Below are positions 41,748 through 53,287 of a stretch of 64,000 bases of DNA, in pieces. This stretch comes from an uncultured Bacteroidota bacterium. Lineage in GTDB: Bacteria > Bacteroidota > Ignavibacteria > UBA10030 > UBA6906. The notes under the pieces are model-generated. The model had not been told where the DNA came from and did no database searches. It saw only the letters and a list, made by a program, of their open reading frames with translations. The DNA is taken from contig CAVOYH010000002.1 of assembly GCA_963700635.1 (NCBI GenBank), positions 174,413 to 238,412 on the forward strand, given 5' to 3'. Numbering within the stretch: the stretch's first letter is position 1; each line of letters opens with the position of its first letter. The position numbers and the translations under genes were made by a program.

Positions 41748-41777
41748 GGCCGGGGCTGATCTGCTCCGTGCCGCCGT

Positions 41778-41806
41778 TTGACCCTTTCTGGTTTGTTTAG
41801 TATATT
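41778..41806 (+). promoter_or_regulatory. Putative promoter for asnS
   Basis: TTGACC-17 nt-TATATT. Confidence 0.7.
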
Positions 41807-41854
41807 GCCCCCGTTTTCATCCCTATCCGTTCGTCGTACTCAAAGGTAACCTCG

Positions 41855-43150
<1,296 letters not shown>

Positions 43151-43166
43151 GCCTCCGGACGGGTGC

Positions 43167-44090
43167 ATGCTGAGTGTTCAGAATCTCACAAAACGTTTTA
43201 CCGGGACCGTGGCGGTTGACGATGTTTCGTTCCGGATCGGCCGCGGCGAGATCTTCGGCCTGCTCGGGCCGAACGGTGCAGGCAAGACAACCACGATCAG
43301 GATGGTCCTGCACATCCTGGAACCGGATACCGGAACCGTGACCTACGATGGCGTCCCGTTCTCCGAAGTCACGCGGAACACACTCGGGTATTTGCCGGAG
43401 GAGAGGGGGCTCTACAAGAAGAGCCGGCTGATTGACACGCTTCTGTACTTCGGCGAACTACGCGGACTTTCCCGGACCGGGGCGCGCGAGAACGCACTCC
43501 GATGGCTCAAACGTCTCGAACTCAACGGTCAGGAAAACCGTCGGATCGAAGAATTCTCGAAAGGAAACCAGCAGAAGATACAGTTTATTGCGTCTGTCAT
43601 CCATGATCCGGCCCTTGTGATTCTGGATGAGCCCTTTTCGGGGCTGGATCCCGTCAACCAGCTTCTGTTTAAGGACATCTTTCAGAACATGAAACATGAG
43701 GGGAAGGCGATTGTTCTGTCAACCCATCACATGGACCAGGCGGAACGTCTCAGCGATACCCTGTGTCTGATCAACAAGGGGAAAGTGGTTCTCGGCGGCA
43801 GCGTGCGCGACGTAAAACGGAGCCACGGCAAGAACTCCCTCCACGTCGAGTTTGACGGCGATGGTGCTTTCATGCAGAATCTGACAGGCGTGCATCAGGC
43901 ACTGCTGTATGAGCGGAGTGCTGAGCTTGAGCTCGCCCCCGGGACCATGCCCAGAGCGGTGATCGAGCAGATCAACGGGCGGGTTGATCTCAGGAAAGTT
44001 GAACTCCTCGAACCGTCGTTACACTCCATTTTTCTCCAGGCCGTCGGAAAACCGCGGTCGGGCAACGGAGCAGGGGGGCAGGCGCAATGA
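43167..44090 (+). CDS. ABC transporter ATP-binding protein (YhaQ/NatA-like)
   Basis: GPNGAGKT, GYLPEERGLY, SKGNQQK, LDEPFSGLDPVN. Confidence 0.93.
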   Translation: MLSVQNLTKRFTGTVAVDDVSFRIGRGEIFGLLGPNGAGKTTTIRMVLHILEPDTGTVTYDGVPFSEVTRNTLGYLPEERGLYKKSRLIDTLLYFGELRGLSRTGARENALRWLKRLELNGQENRRIEEFSKGNQQKIQFIASVIHDPALVILDEPFSGLDPVNQLLFKDIFQNMKHEGKAIVLSTHHMDQAERLSDTLCLINKGKVVLGGSVRDVKRSHGKNSLHVEFDGDGAFMQNLTGVHQALLYERSAELELAPGTMPRAVIEQINGRVDLRKVELLEPSLHSIFLQAVGKPRSGNGAGGQAQ

Positions 44091-45328
44091 GGAAAATGCT
44101 CGCCGTTGCCCGCTGGGAGTACTTCGAAAAAGTAAAGAGCAAGATCTTTTTGATCGGGCTTTTTCTGACGCCGGTCATCATGATTGCACTGGGAGTCCTT
44201 CCGGGGTTTTTTGCGAGTCAGGAAGACGAAACGACGCGGGCCATCGGGGTGATCGATGCGACAGGTACTCTTGCTGAGTCATTTGCCGAACAATTACAGT
44301 CGCGCTACACTCTGAACAACGGGAATCCCAATTACGTCGTGATGCCCCTGGCTTCAGGGCCGGCCATTGATCTTGAAGCCGCGCAACGTGATGCTGCGCT
44401 CCGTGTGTCACGGGATGAGATTGAAGGCTTCTTTGTCCTGACCGGATCCGATAGCATCGTGGAGTACCGCACGAAGGTGATAGGTGATTTCCGTATCGGG
44501 ATGCGCATCGAAGAGACGCTCAAGGACCTTGTTGCACATCAGCGGGTGCGGAGCCTCGGGCTGGATCCCGGGATCCTCGAAAAACTTCATGTCGGCCTGG
44601 ATGTGCGCATTGTGAAACTTTCCACCGAAGGGGAGGATGAAGAAGCGGGGTTCGAGCGAGTCTTTATTTCGGCATATGTATTTCTGATGATGCTCTTCCT
44701 GCTCATCATCACTTCAGGTCAGATGCTCGTCCGAAGCGTCATTGAAGAAAAGTCAAACCGTATTGTGGAGGTGCTGGTCTCGTCGTGTTCGCCAACGCAG
44801 CTGATGGCGGGAAAGGTGCTCGGATTGAGCGCCCTGGGGCTCACACAGATGGCGTTCTGGGCTCTCATCGGCATTGCACTCTCGGCGCAATTCGGCATGA
44901 CGCTTGTGGGCGCAGATCAGGCGCTGCTTCTGGTCCTCTACTTCATCCTTGGGTATTTGTTTTACGCTGCGATCTTTATCGGTGCCGGCGCTCCCTTTAA
45001 CACTGAACAGGAGGCGCAGCAGATTACGTCGTATCTTGTCATTTTCCTTATCCTGCCGATCGTGCTGGCGGTCCCGGCCATAAAAGACCCGGGGGCCACG
45101 TGGATCCAGGTGCTGACCTACGTGCCGCTTCTTACCCCGACCATGATGGCGCTCCGGATTCCCATACAGATGCCGGCCTGGTGGGAAATCCTTTCAACAT
45201 CGTTGCTTATGGTTGTTTCAATCTATGTCGCGATGATCATCGCGGGCCGCATATTCCGTATTGGCATCCTTACCACCGGAAAGAGTCCAAATCTGAAGGA
45301 GCTCCTCCGCTGGATACGCACAGGATAA
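44087..45328 (+). CDS. ABC-2 type permease (YhaP/NatB-like)
   Basis: EEKSNRIVEVLVSS, LMAGKVLG, 1+5 TM topology; ATGA overlap. Confidence 0.9.
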   Translation: MRKMLAVARWEYFEKVKSKIFLIGLFLTPVIMIALGVLPGFFASQEDETTRAIGVIDATGTLAESFAEQLQSRYTLNNGNPNYVVMPLASGPAIDLEAAQRDAALRVSRDEIEGFFVLTGSDSIVEYRTKVIGDFRIGMRIEETLKDLVAHQRVRSLGLDPGILEKLHVGLDVRIVKLSTEGEDEEAGFERVFISAYVFLMMLFLLIITSGQMLVRSVIEEKSNRIVEVLVSSCSPTQLMAGKVLGLSALGLTQMAFWALIGIALSAQFGMTLVGADQALLLVLYFILGYLFYAAIFIGAGAPFNTEQEAQQITSYLVIFLILPIVLAVPAIKDPGATWIQVLTYVPLLTPTMMALRIPIQMPAWWEILSTSLLMVVSIYVAMIIAGRIFRIGILTTGKSPNLKELLRWIRTG

Positions 45329-45335
45329 AACGACA

Positions 45336-45833
45336 ATGAAACCACGATCGCTGATGCTCTTCCTGTGTGTGGTCAGCTATGCTCTGTCCACACACGCACA
45401 AGTTGTTCTCCCCGACCGGGAGGCCGCGGGCGGGCTTCGCCAGCATGTCTTCGGTCTGGGTGTGTTCGTCGGTCCCTCGTCCGGGCTCGGACTCAGTTTT
45501 CGTCATCACCTGCCGTCCACGGTGAGTTATCAGCTGACCGGCGGGATCGTAAAGATCGACGACCGGCTCCAGTATGCTGTTGGTGGCGAAGTGCAGCTGG
45601 ATCTTTCCCGGACCTCCGGGACAAGGTTTTTTATTGCGGGGGCGCTCGGATACTATTATGCCGGGAGTGCCGACAGAAATGAAATGGCCGGGCCCGGCCG
45701 TATTGGCCTCGGACTCGGCGGTGAAATGTTCGCAGGCGGAGGATTTCATGCGGCCGTTGAGCTTCTGTTCACATACTTCAGTGACGGCACGGTCCTCCCG
45801 CTTCCCCAGTTCGGCTTGTATTACTATTTTTAA
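45336..45833 (+). CDS. Exported hypothetical protein, probable small outer-membrane beta-barrel
   Basis: Signal peptide, Gly/aromatic alternating strands, C-terminal GLYYYF. Confidence 0.6.
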   Translation: MKPRSLMLFLCVVSYALSTHAQVVLPDREAAGGLRQHVFGLGVFVGPSSGLGLSFRHHLPSTVSYQLTGGIVKIDDRLQYAVGGEVQLDLSRTSGTRFFIAGALGYYYAGSADRNEMAGPGRIGLGLGGEMFAGGGFHAAVELLFTYFSDGTVLPLPQFGLYYYF

Positions 45834-45852
45834 ATCCCTGATGTGAGCCCCT

Positions 45853-45881
45853 TTGCTTCTCTGGGCTTTTTGTCGTATGTT
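45853..45881 (+). promoter_or_regulatory. Putative promoter for nuoJ, overlapping a terminator-like hairpin
   Basis: TTGCTT-17 nt-TATGTT inside AGCCC...GGGCT-TTTT. Confidence 0.5.
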
Positions 45882-45925
45882 TCGGACTCCACGAAGGCTT
45901 CCACGTACATCGGACATCCGCTAAC

Positions 45926-46441
45926 GTGACAGCAGAACCACTTCTTTTTGTCTTTCTTGCCGCATTCGCGATAACGACTGCGATCTTGATGATCATCCAG
46001 CGTAATCCCGTCATGAGTGCCATAAGCCTTATCGCCAATTTTTTCTCTCTGGCGGCTCTGTACCTTCTGCTCAGAGCCCAGCTTCTTGCGGTACTCCAGA
46101 TCGCCGTGTACGCGGGTGCGATCATGGTGTTGGTGGTGTTTGTGATCATGTTGTTGAACCTCGGCGAAGAGGCGAAGTCCCAGAGACGGTTGAGTGTTGG
46201 TACGATCATTGGTGGGGTACTCGGGTTCGGAATGCTGCTCGAGCTGCTTTATCTGTTCGTGTTCACTCATTATACCGCTGAGCCCAAGGGATTGCATCCT
46301 GACGCCTTCATCATTGGAACTGCGGAGTCGATGGGACAAGCCCTCTACTCCCAGTATCTGTTTCCCCTGCAACTCATCGGGTTGCTGCTGCTGGCTGCCA
46401 TCGTTGGGGCAGTGATTCTGGCGAAACGCCGCTTGACCTGA
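45926..46441 (+). CDS. nuoJ: NADH-quinone oxidoreductase subunit J
   Basis: RNPV.SA, QIAVYAGAIMVL.VFVIMLL, LLL.AIVGAV.LA. Confidence 0.95.
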   Translation: MTAEPLLFVFLAAFAITTAILMIIQRNPVMSAISLIANFFSLAALYLLLRAQLLAVLQIAVYAGAIMVLVVFVIMLLNLGEEAKSQRRLSVGTIIGGVLGFGMLLELLYLFVFTHYTAEPKGLHPDAFIIGTAESMGQALYSQYLFPLQLIGLLLLAAIVGAVILAKRRLT

Positions 46442-46450
46442 AAGAGAGCC

Positions 46451-46756
46451 ATGTCCGTCCCTCTCCCGTACTACCTCGCCCTCAGTGCCATTCTCTTTAC
46501 GATTGGCGCCATCGGCGTGCTATCGCGCCGGAATGTTATCGTGGTTTTTATGTCGATAGAACTTATGCTCAATTCGGTCAATCTCACGCTCGTGTCCTTC
46601 TCTGCTTTCCTGGGTGACATCACCGGTCAGGCTCTTGTCTTTTTTGTGATGGCGGTGGCCGCTGCTGAAGCTGCGGTTGGCCTTGCGATTGTCATTGCCG
46701 TCTACCGCAACAAACAAACCGTGCACATCGATGACATCAACATCCTGAAGTGGTAA
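46451..46756 (+). CDS. nuoK: NADH-quinone oxidoreductase subunit K
   Basis: [22 protein letters not shown]. Confidence 0.96.
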   Translation: MSVPLPYYLALSAILFTIGAIGVLSRRNVIVVFMSIELMLNSVNLTLVSFSAFLGDITGQALVFFVMAVAAAEAAVGLAIVIAVYRNKQTVHIDDINILKW

Positions 46757-48687
46757 TGGCCTACGAATTAGTTCCTCTCGCTGTGTTCCTGCCGCTTTTC
46801 GGATTCCTTGTTAACGGACTTCTCGGCAGGTATATCAAACGCGAAGCGTTCATAGGCACCATCGGCAGCACGATGGTGGGCGCCGGGTTTATTATCGGCA
46901 TTGCAACATTGCTGGAGCTGCTGGATGCGCCCGCTGACGCGCGGACCCGGATCGTTGAACTCTTCCCCTGGATTACGGCGGGGGACCTTACCGTGAACGT
47001 CGCCTATCAGGTGGATCCTCTTTCAGTGGTCATGCTCCTGATCGTGACCGGCGTGGGGTTCCTTATCCATGTGTACGCGATCGGATACATGCATGGCGAC
47101 CCGGGGTTCTGGAGGTTTTTTGCATACCTGAACCTGTTCATCTTCGCCATGCTGAATCTGGTGCTGGCGGACAACTTCGTTCTGTTGTTCCTCGGGTGGG
47201 AAGGCGTGGGTCTCTGTTCGTACCTTCTTATCGGATTCTGGTACGACCGGAAGTTCGAGAAGGGGACAACGGGCGATGCGGCAAAAAAGGCCTTCATCGT
47301 CAACCGTATCGGCGATGCCGGATTTCTTATCGGGATGTTCCTCATCTTCTCAACGTTCGGTTCGTTGCAGTTTCAGACAGTCTTCGCACAGGCAGCAGGG
47401 TTCAGCGTCGGTACGCCGGTGATGCTGGCAATTACCCTTGCGTTGTTCGTCGGGGCCACGGGAAAATCCGCCCAGATTCCGCTCTTCGTGTGGCTCCCGG
47501 ATGCCATGGCGGGTCCGACACCGGTCAGCGCACTCATCCATGCCGCAACGATGGTGACCGCCGGTGTGTACATGATTGCCCGCTGTTCGTTACTGTACGC
47601 GCTCGCTCCTGCCTCGCTGACGGTGGTGGCGGTCATCGGCGCTGGCACGGCTCTCTTCGCCGCCACGATCGGACTGGTGCAGAATGACATCAAAAAGGTG
47701 CTCGCATATTCCACCATCAGCCAGCTGGGATACATGTTTCTCGCCCTTGGAGTCGGGGCTTTTAGTGCGGGTATCTTTCACGTGATGACGCATGCCTTCT
47801 TCAAGGCCCTGCTCTTTCTTGGCGCCGGGGCCGTCATCCATGCCATGCACGATGAACAGGACATCCAGCGGATGGGTGGTCTGAAAAAACATCTTCCCGT
47901 CACCCACAAGACCTTCGTTCTTGCCGCGCTCGCCATCGCAGGGATCTTCCCGTTTTCCGGCTTCTTCAGCAAAGATGAAATTCTCTGGCGGGCCTTTTCC
48001 GGTGGGCATGGAGTATTATGGGCGATCGGCCTTGTCGGCGCATTTATGACGGCTTTCTACATGTTCCGGCTGGTCATTCTCACCTTCGAAGGCGAGAGCC
48101 GGTGGGCACAGGGGAAACACCCGCATGAAGCGCCGGCGACCATGACCGTTCCGCTCATCATTCTGGCGATCCTCTCCGTAGGCGGTGGCATTGTAGGTAT
48201 TCCGCTCAGTCTGGGCGGAACGAATATGCTTGAACACTGGCTGGAGCCCGTGTTCTTACCTGCGATGGACAAGCTTGCCGCAGGCGTGCACGAGGATCAC
48301 ACCATGGAGTATATCCTTATGGTGGTGTCTGTCGGGGTTGCCCTGAGCGGAATCTGGCTGGCCTGGAGGTGGTATCTCCGGAATACGCAGGTCCCGGATT
48401 CCCTGGCCGCGCGCATCCCGCGTCTCTACCGTCTTGTCTGGAACAAATATTACATTGATGAGGTGTATGACGCGATTGTGGTTACACCCCTGTACAAGGG
48501 CTCTGAAAAACTCTTGTGGAAGGTGTTGGACGTCGGCATTATCGACTGGACGGTAAACTCCACCGCACGCGCGATCGGTCTGCTCGCTCGCACGGTTCGG
48601 GTCGTCCAGACAGGCACCGCACAAACATATGTTGTTGTTTTTCTCCTTGGCGTAGTGGCCATTCTCGGCTGGCTTCTTGCGCAATAA
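46756..48687 (+). CDS. nuoL: NADH-quinone oxidoreductase subunit L
   Basis: GWEGVGLCSYLLIGFW, GKSAQIPL..WLPDAMAGPTPVSALIHAATMV, THAFFKALLFL; TAATG overlap with nuoK. Confidence 0.96.
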   Translation: MAYELVPLAVFLPLFGFLVNGLLGRYIKREAFIGTIGSTMVGAGFIIGIATLLELLDAPADARTRIVELFPWITAGDLTVNVAYQVDPLSVVMLLIVTGVGFLIHVYAIGYMHGDPGFWRFFAYLNLFIFAMLNLVLADNFVLLFLGWEGVGLCSYLLIGFWYDRKFEKGTTGDAAKKAFIVNRIGDAGFLIGMFLIFSTFGSLQFQTVFAQAAGFSVGTPVMLAITLALFVGATGKSAQIPLFVWLPDAMAGPTPVSALIHAATMVTAGVYMIARCSLLYALAPASLTVVAVIGAGTALFAATIGLVQNDIKKVLAYSTISQLGYMFLALGVGAFSAGIFHVMTHAFFKALLFLGAGAVIHAMHDEQDIQRMGGLKKHLPVTHKTFVLAALAIAGIFPFSGFFSKDEILWRAFSGGHGVLWAIGLVGAFMTAFYMFRLVILTFEGESRWAQGKHPHEAPATMTVPLIILAILSVGGGIVGIPLSLGGTNMLEHWLEPVFLPAMDKLAAGVHEDHTMEYILMVVSVGVALSGIWLAWRWYLRNTQVPDSLAARIPRLYRLVWNKYYIDEVYDAIVVTPLYKGSEKLLWKVLDVGIIDWTVNSTARAIGLLARTVRVVQTGTAQTYVVVFLLGVVAILGWLLAQ

Positions 48688-48702
48688 TCACCCGGACGCT
48701 CG

Positions 48703-50274
48703 ATGATCTCACAGCACATTCTCAGCATCATTCTCGCGTTGCCGCTGCTCGGCGCGTGTGCCGTTTTGGTATTCCCGCGACACGCTGCTACCGCCATCAA
48801 AACAACGGGGCTCGTGTTCTCCGGCGCGGCCTTCATCCTGTCCGTCTGGCTCTTTATGGCCTTTGACGAAATTCAGCCGGCGATGCAGTTTGTTGAATAC
48901 CTCGACTGGATCCCGTCACTGGATATCGGATACCATGTCGGCATCGATGGAATCTCACTTCTCCTTGTCGTGTTAACGACATTTCTCACACCCATAGCGT
49001 TGCTGGCGTCCTGGGATTCGATCAAGGACCGGCTCAAGGGGTTCGTGGCATTGATGCTCCTGCTCGAGCTCGGCACGCTGGGCGTGTTTGTCTCGCTCGA
49101 TCTTTTCCTGTTCTATGTGTTCTGGGAATTCATGCTCATCCCGATGTATTTTATCATCGGCATATGGGGTGGAACGGATCGTGTGTACGCCGCGGTGAAG
49201 TTTTTCCTCTTTACGATGGCAGGAAGTCTTCTGATGCTTGTTGCCATCATCTGGCTCGGATACTATGCATCCACGCTGCCGGGCGGACATTTTACGACGA
49301 ACCTCCTGACGTTGTATGACATGGCGCCGGGAATGCCGTTCGCAATTCAGTCCTGGATGTTTCTCGCCTTCACCCTGAGCTTTGCAATCAAGATTCCCGT
49401 GTTTCCTCTGCACACCTGGCTTCCGGATGCTCACGTGCAGGCGCCCACGGCAGGGAGCGTTATCCTTGCCGGAGTCCTGCTGAAGATGGGGACATACGGC
49501 CTTCTGCGGTTTTCGATACCGCTCTTTCCCGCAGCAACGTTTGCCTATCTGCCGTACATTGCCATTCTTGCCGTGATCGGAATCATCTACGGCGCGCTCG
49601 TGTCAACGGTCCAACCCGATCTCAAGAAACTTGTAGCGTATTCTTCCGTCAGTCACCTCGGGTTTGTCGTCCTCGGTATTTTTGCGCTCAACGAGGAGGG
49701 AGTGCAGGGTGGCGTGTTGCAGATGGTCAACCATGGCCTCTCCACCGGAGCGCTCTTCCTTCTTGTCGGGATGATTTACGACCGCCGTCACACACGAATG
49801 ATCAGGGACTACGGAGGGTTGGCCCGGATCATGCCGGTGTATGCGACGATGTTCATGATCGTGATGTTGTCATCGGTAGGGCTTCCGGGACTCAACGGGT
49901 TCGTCGGAGAGTTCCTGATCCTTCTGGGGTCGTTCACGTCCCATTTTCTCGGGTCGCCGTGGTATGCTATTGCCGGCACCTCCGGGGTAATCCTCGCCGC
50001 CGTCTACCTGCTCTGGAGTTATCAGCGGGTGTTCTTCGGACCTGTCGACAATCCGGACAACAAACATCTTCTGGATCTCTCCGTGCGGGAATGGTTCGTC
50101 CTGGTGCCTGTAATCGTGTTTATCGTATGGATCGGCGTGTATCCGAGTACATTCCTTGAGAAGTCGGCAGTAGCCACGCGCCAGGTGGTCCAACGATTTG
50201 AAGATGCGCGCAGGACCACGGTAAAGACTGTGAGTGAGGTTCCCGCCGAAAAAGGAGGGGGAGAGGACCAATGA
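48703..50274 (+). CDS. nuoM: NADH-quinone oxidoreductase subunit M
   Basis: DGIS, FYVFWE, K.P.FPLHTWLPDAH..APT.GSV.LAG.LLK, AYSSVSH, GLPGLNGFVGE. Confidence 0.96.
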   Translation: MISQHILSIILALPLLGACAVLVFPRHAATAIKTTGLVFSGAAFILSVWLFMAFDEIQPAMQFVEYLDWIPSLDIGYHVGIDGISLLLVVLTTFLTPIALLASWDSIKDRLKGFVALMLLLELGTLGVFVSLDLFLFYVFWEFMLIPMYFIIGIWGGTDRVYAAVKFFLFTMAGSLLMLVAIIWLGYYASTLPGGHFTTNLLTLYDMAPGMPFAIQSWMFLAFTLSFAIKIPVFPLHTWLPDAHVQAPTAGSVILAGVLLKMGTYGLLRFSIPLFPAATFAYLPYIAILAVIGIIYGALVSTVQPDLKKLVAYSSVSHLGFVVLGIFALNEEGVQGGVLQMVNHGLSTGALFLLVGMIYDRRHTRMIRDYGGLARIMPVYATMFMIVMLSSVGLPGLNGFVGEFLILLGSFTSHFLGSPWYAIAGTSGVILAAVYLLWSYQRVFFGPVDNPDNKHLLDLSVREWFVLVPVIVFIVWIGVYPSTFLEKSAVATRQVVQRFEDARRTTVKTVSEVPAEKGGGEDQ

Positions 50275-51776
50275 GAGGTCCGGCACGGAACGTATTCCTT
50301 CTCGTGATTGTCATGCTGTGCGTGCTCATGCCTGCCGGTGCGCTGGCCAATGATGAGGCCGGTCCGATGCAGGTCTCGCCGTGGATGATACTCCCGTTTG
50401 TCACGCTGTTGCTCGCGATTGCGATTGCGCCGTTTATCAACCGGCATTGGTGGGAACATCGGTACCCGGCTGTCTCGATAGCACTCGGCTCCATTACCGT
50501 CCTGTACTACCTTGTTATTCTCGGTCAGCCGCAACGTCTGCTCCACACCCTCGTGGAATACGTCAGCTTTATCGCGCTGATTGGTTCATTGTTCGTTGTG
50601 GCCGGGGGGATCCTTCTCCGGTTGCGGGGGAAAGCCGAACCACTGGCAAACGTGTACTTGCTCGGCATCGGGGCCCTGCTGGCGAACATCGTCGGCACGA
50701 CCGGTGCGTCCATGATCCTGATACGGCCGTATATCAGGGTGAACAAATACCGGATCAAACCTTTCCACGTCGTGTTTTTTATTTTTACCGTGAGCAACAT
50801 GGGTGGGGCGCTGACACCGATTGGTGACCCTCCGCTGTTTCTCGGCTACCTGAAAGGGGTTCCGTTCTTCTGGGTGCTGGAGCAGTTGTGGCTCCCGTGG
50901 CTCATCGGGATGGTGCTGGTCCTGGGGGTCTTCTATGTGGTGGACCTCCGCTCCTTCCGTCAGTTGCCCGCTGCGGTCCAGCGCAAAGCAGATGAGCAAC
51001 AGGAACAGGGCGCAGCCGCGGGTGTGTACAATATCTTTTTTCTTATCGTTATCATCATTGCCGTGTTCATCACCGATCCTCCTTTTGTGCGCGAGGTCCT
51101 GATGATTCTCGCGGCCGCCGGATCGTACGTGTCCACGAAGAAGGAAATACATCAGGAGAACGATTTTAATTTCCTTCCGATCAAAGAAGTGGCAATATTG
51201 TTCCTCGGCATTTTTGCTACCATGATCCCTGCGCTGGATTGGCTTGAAACAAATGCAACCATCCTGGGGATCAATACTGCCGGTCAGTTCTACTGGGGCA
51301 CCGGGGTACTTTCTGCGTTTCTGGATAATGCGCCCACATATCTGAATTTCCTGAGCGCTCAGATTGGTCTGTTTGTCACCCCCGAAACTATCGACGCCGT
51401 ACAAAATCTGGTCGCGGCCAAGGCCGGCGTGCTGACCTCGGTTCCTGCCTACGTGCCGGCCGACGTCCTGAGCACGTACCAGACGCTTCTGAAATATCAT
51501 TACGATCTCGTGGCGGCAGGGACTGTACCGACAAGCGATATCGCAATCTGCTACCTGATTGCAAACCAGCCGCTGCATCTCGAATCAATCTCAATCGCGG
51601 CGGTCTTCTTCGGTGCCTGCACGTATATCGGAAACGGTCCGAACTTCATGGTGAAATCCATCGCCGACCAGGCTGGTGTCCGGAGTCCCAGTTTCTTCGG
51701 TTACCTTGTACGGTATGCGATCCCGATACTGCTGCCGATCTTTGCCTTAATCTGGCTTCTTTTCTTTTTTGGATAG
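50271..51776 (+). CDS. Putative sodium:proton antiporter (ion-transporter superfamily, CitMHS_2/NhaD-related)
   Basis: GTTGASM.LIRP, SN.GG.LTP.GDPPLFLG, LDNAPTY, TYIGNGPNFMVK motifs; signal-like N-terminus; ATGA overlap with nuoM. Confidence 0.8.
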   Translation: MRGPARNVFLLVIVMLCVLMPAGALANDEAGPMQVSPWMILPFVTLLLAIAIAPFINRHWWEHRYPAVSIALGSITVLYYLVILGQPQRLLHTLVEYVSFIALIGSLFVVAGGILLRLRGKAEPLANVYLLGIGALLANIVGTTGASMILIRPYIRVNKYRIKPFHVVFFIFTVSNMGGALTPIGDPPLFLGYLKGVPFFWVLEQLWLPWLIGMVLVLGVFYVVDLRSFRQLPAAVQRKADEQQEQGAAAGVYNIFFLIVIIIAVFITDPPFVREVLMILAAAGSYVSTKKEIHQENDFNFLPIKEVAILFLGIFATMIPALDWLETNATILGINTAGQFYWGTGVLSAFLDNAPTYLNFLSAQIGLFVTPETIDAVQNLVAAKAGVLTSVPAYVPADVLSTYQTLLKYHYDLVAAGTVPTSDIAICYLIANQPLHLESISIAAVFFGACTYIGNGPNFMVKSIADQAGVRSPSFFGYLVRYAIPILLPIFALIWLLFFFG

Positions 51777-51810
51777 GGAGACGATATACGTTGCCTAAGA
51801 CAGGAAACCT

Positions 51811-53241
51811 ATGAGCCTGCCGATTACTTGGACAGACGTTCTGGCCCTCGGGCCGATCGCGGTTGTGTTCGCCGGAACACTGCTGGTGATTATCGTTGAA
51901 AGTGCCGGACGATCTCCCCGGCGGCTGACTTTCTGGCTCACCGGCGCAATTTTTGCCGCTGCGGGTGGTGTTGCGTGTACGACGATCGGCTCTCAAGGGT
52001 TTGCCTTTAACGGGACCGTCCTGAGCGGGGGATACGCTTCATATTTTGCCGCGGTCTTCTCCATTGCAGGTCTGCTCGTGGTCCTGCTGTCCCGTGCCTA
52101 TCTTGAGAAAGAGCAGGCCGAACACGGTGAATACTACATCCTCCTGCTTGCGGCGGCAGTCGGCATGATGGTCATGGCTGCCTCGAATGACCTGATCGTG
52201 TTCTTTCTGGGCCTGGAAACCATGTCGATCCCTTTTTATGTGCTTGCGGGATTTACCCGGAACGTGTCCGCAAGCAATGAATCATCGCTGAAGTACTTTT
52301 TGCTCGGCGCCTTTGCGACCGGTTTTCTGTTGTATGGCATCGCGCTCGTGTACGGCACAACCGGCTCTACAGGTATCCCTTCGTTGCGCGCCTCCCTCGG
52401 CGGACTTTCGTCGGATCCTGTTTTTGTGATAGGGCTTGGACTGTTGCTGATAGGGTTTGTATTCAAAGTCGCGGCTGTGCCGTTCCACATGTGGGTCCCC
52501 GATGTGTATGAAGGTGCGCCGACAACCGTCAGCGGGTTTATGTCGACGGGAGGGAAGGCTGCGGCCTTCGCAGGGCTCGTGCTGGTCTTTGCTCCTGAAG
52601 TTCTGCAGAATGTTCCCGGTATCAGAGAGGTGCTTGCGGTTCTTGCCGCCCTTTCAATGATTCTTGGAAATGTTGTCGCAATTGCCCAATCCAGTATCAA
52701 GCGCATGCTCGCCTACTCCAGCATCGCACACGCCGGATATCTGCTCACGGGTGTGATTGCAGCAAATGATGCAGGGAGTAATGGTGTCCTTTTTTACCTC
52801 CTCGCCTATACGTTTATGAACATCGGGGCCTTTGGCGTGGTGTCGTTGCTGGAATCCTCAGCGGGTGAGATCATAGCGGTGGAACGGTGTGCGGGTCTTT
52901 CCCGGACGCGGCCCGGTCTGTCTGCTTTGATGGCTGTGTTCATGTTCTCGCTGACAGGTATTCCACCCTTTGCCGGGTTTTTCGGGAAATACTATGTCTT
53001 CGCTGGTGCTATCGAAGCAGGCTATACCTGGCTTGCGATTGTCGGCGTTCTGATGAGTGTGGTGTCCGCGTATTATTACCTCCGCATCGTTGTGGTAATG
53101 TACTTTCAGGAAGGGACGCCCGAGCCGGCACGCCCGAGTCCTCGGTTGGGACTGATTGCGCTAACCCTTTCTGCTCTGACGCTTCTCGGGCTGGGTCTGC
53201 TGCCTTCGACGGTGGTGGAAGTGACATCACGATTCTTCTGA
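51811..53241 (+). CDS. nuoN: NADH-quinone oxidoreductase subunit N
   Basis: GEYY, E...KYFLLG, FKV.AVPFH.W.PDVYEGAPT, KRMLAYSSIAH, GIPP.AGF.GK, YYYLR. Confidence 0.96.
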   Translation: MSLPITWTDVLALGPIAVVFAGTLLVIIVESAGRSPRRLTFWLTGAIFAAAGGVACTTIGSQGFAFNGTVLSGGYASYFAAVFSIAGLLVVLLSRAYLEKEQAEHGEYYILLLAAAVGMMVMAASNDLIVFFLGLETMSIPFYVLAGFTRNVSASNESSLKYFLLGAFATGFLLYGIALVYGTTGSTGIPSLRASLGGLSSDPVFVIGLGLLLIGFVFKVAAVPFHMWVPDVYEGAPTTVSGFMSTGGKAAAFAGLVLVFAPEVLQNVPGIREVLAVLAALSMILGNVVAIAQSSIKRMLAYSSIAHAGYLLTGVIAANDAGSNGVLFYLLAYTFMNIGAFGVVSLLESSAGEIIAVERCAGLSRTRPGLSALMAVFMFSLTGIPPFAGFFGKYYVFAGAIEAGYTWLAIVGVLMSVVSAYYYLRIVVVMYFQEGTPEPARPSPRLGLIALTLSALTLLGLGLLPSTVVEVTSRFF

Positions 53242-53287
53242 ACGCGCCAGAGACGTATTACTTCCTGCAAGGGGGAGTCTTGGTGTA

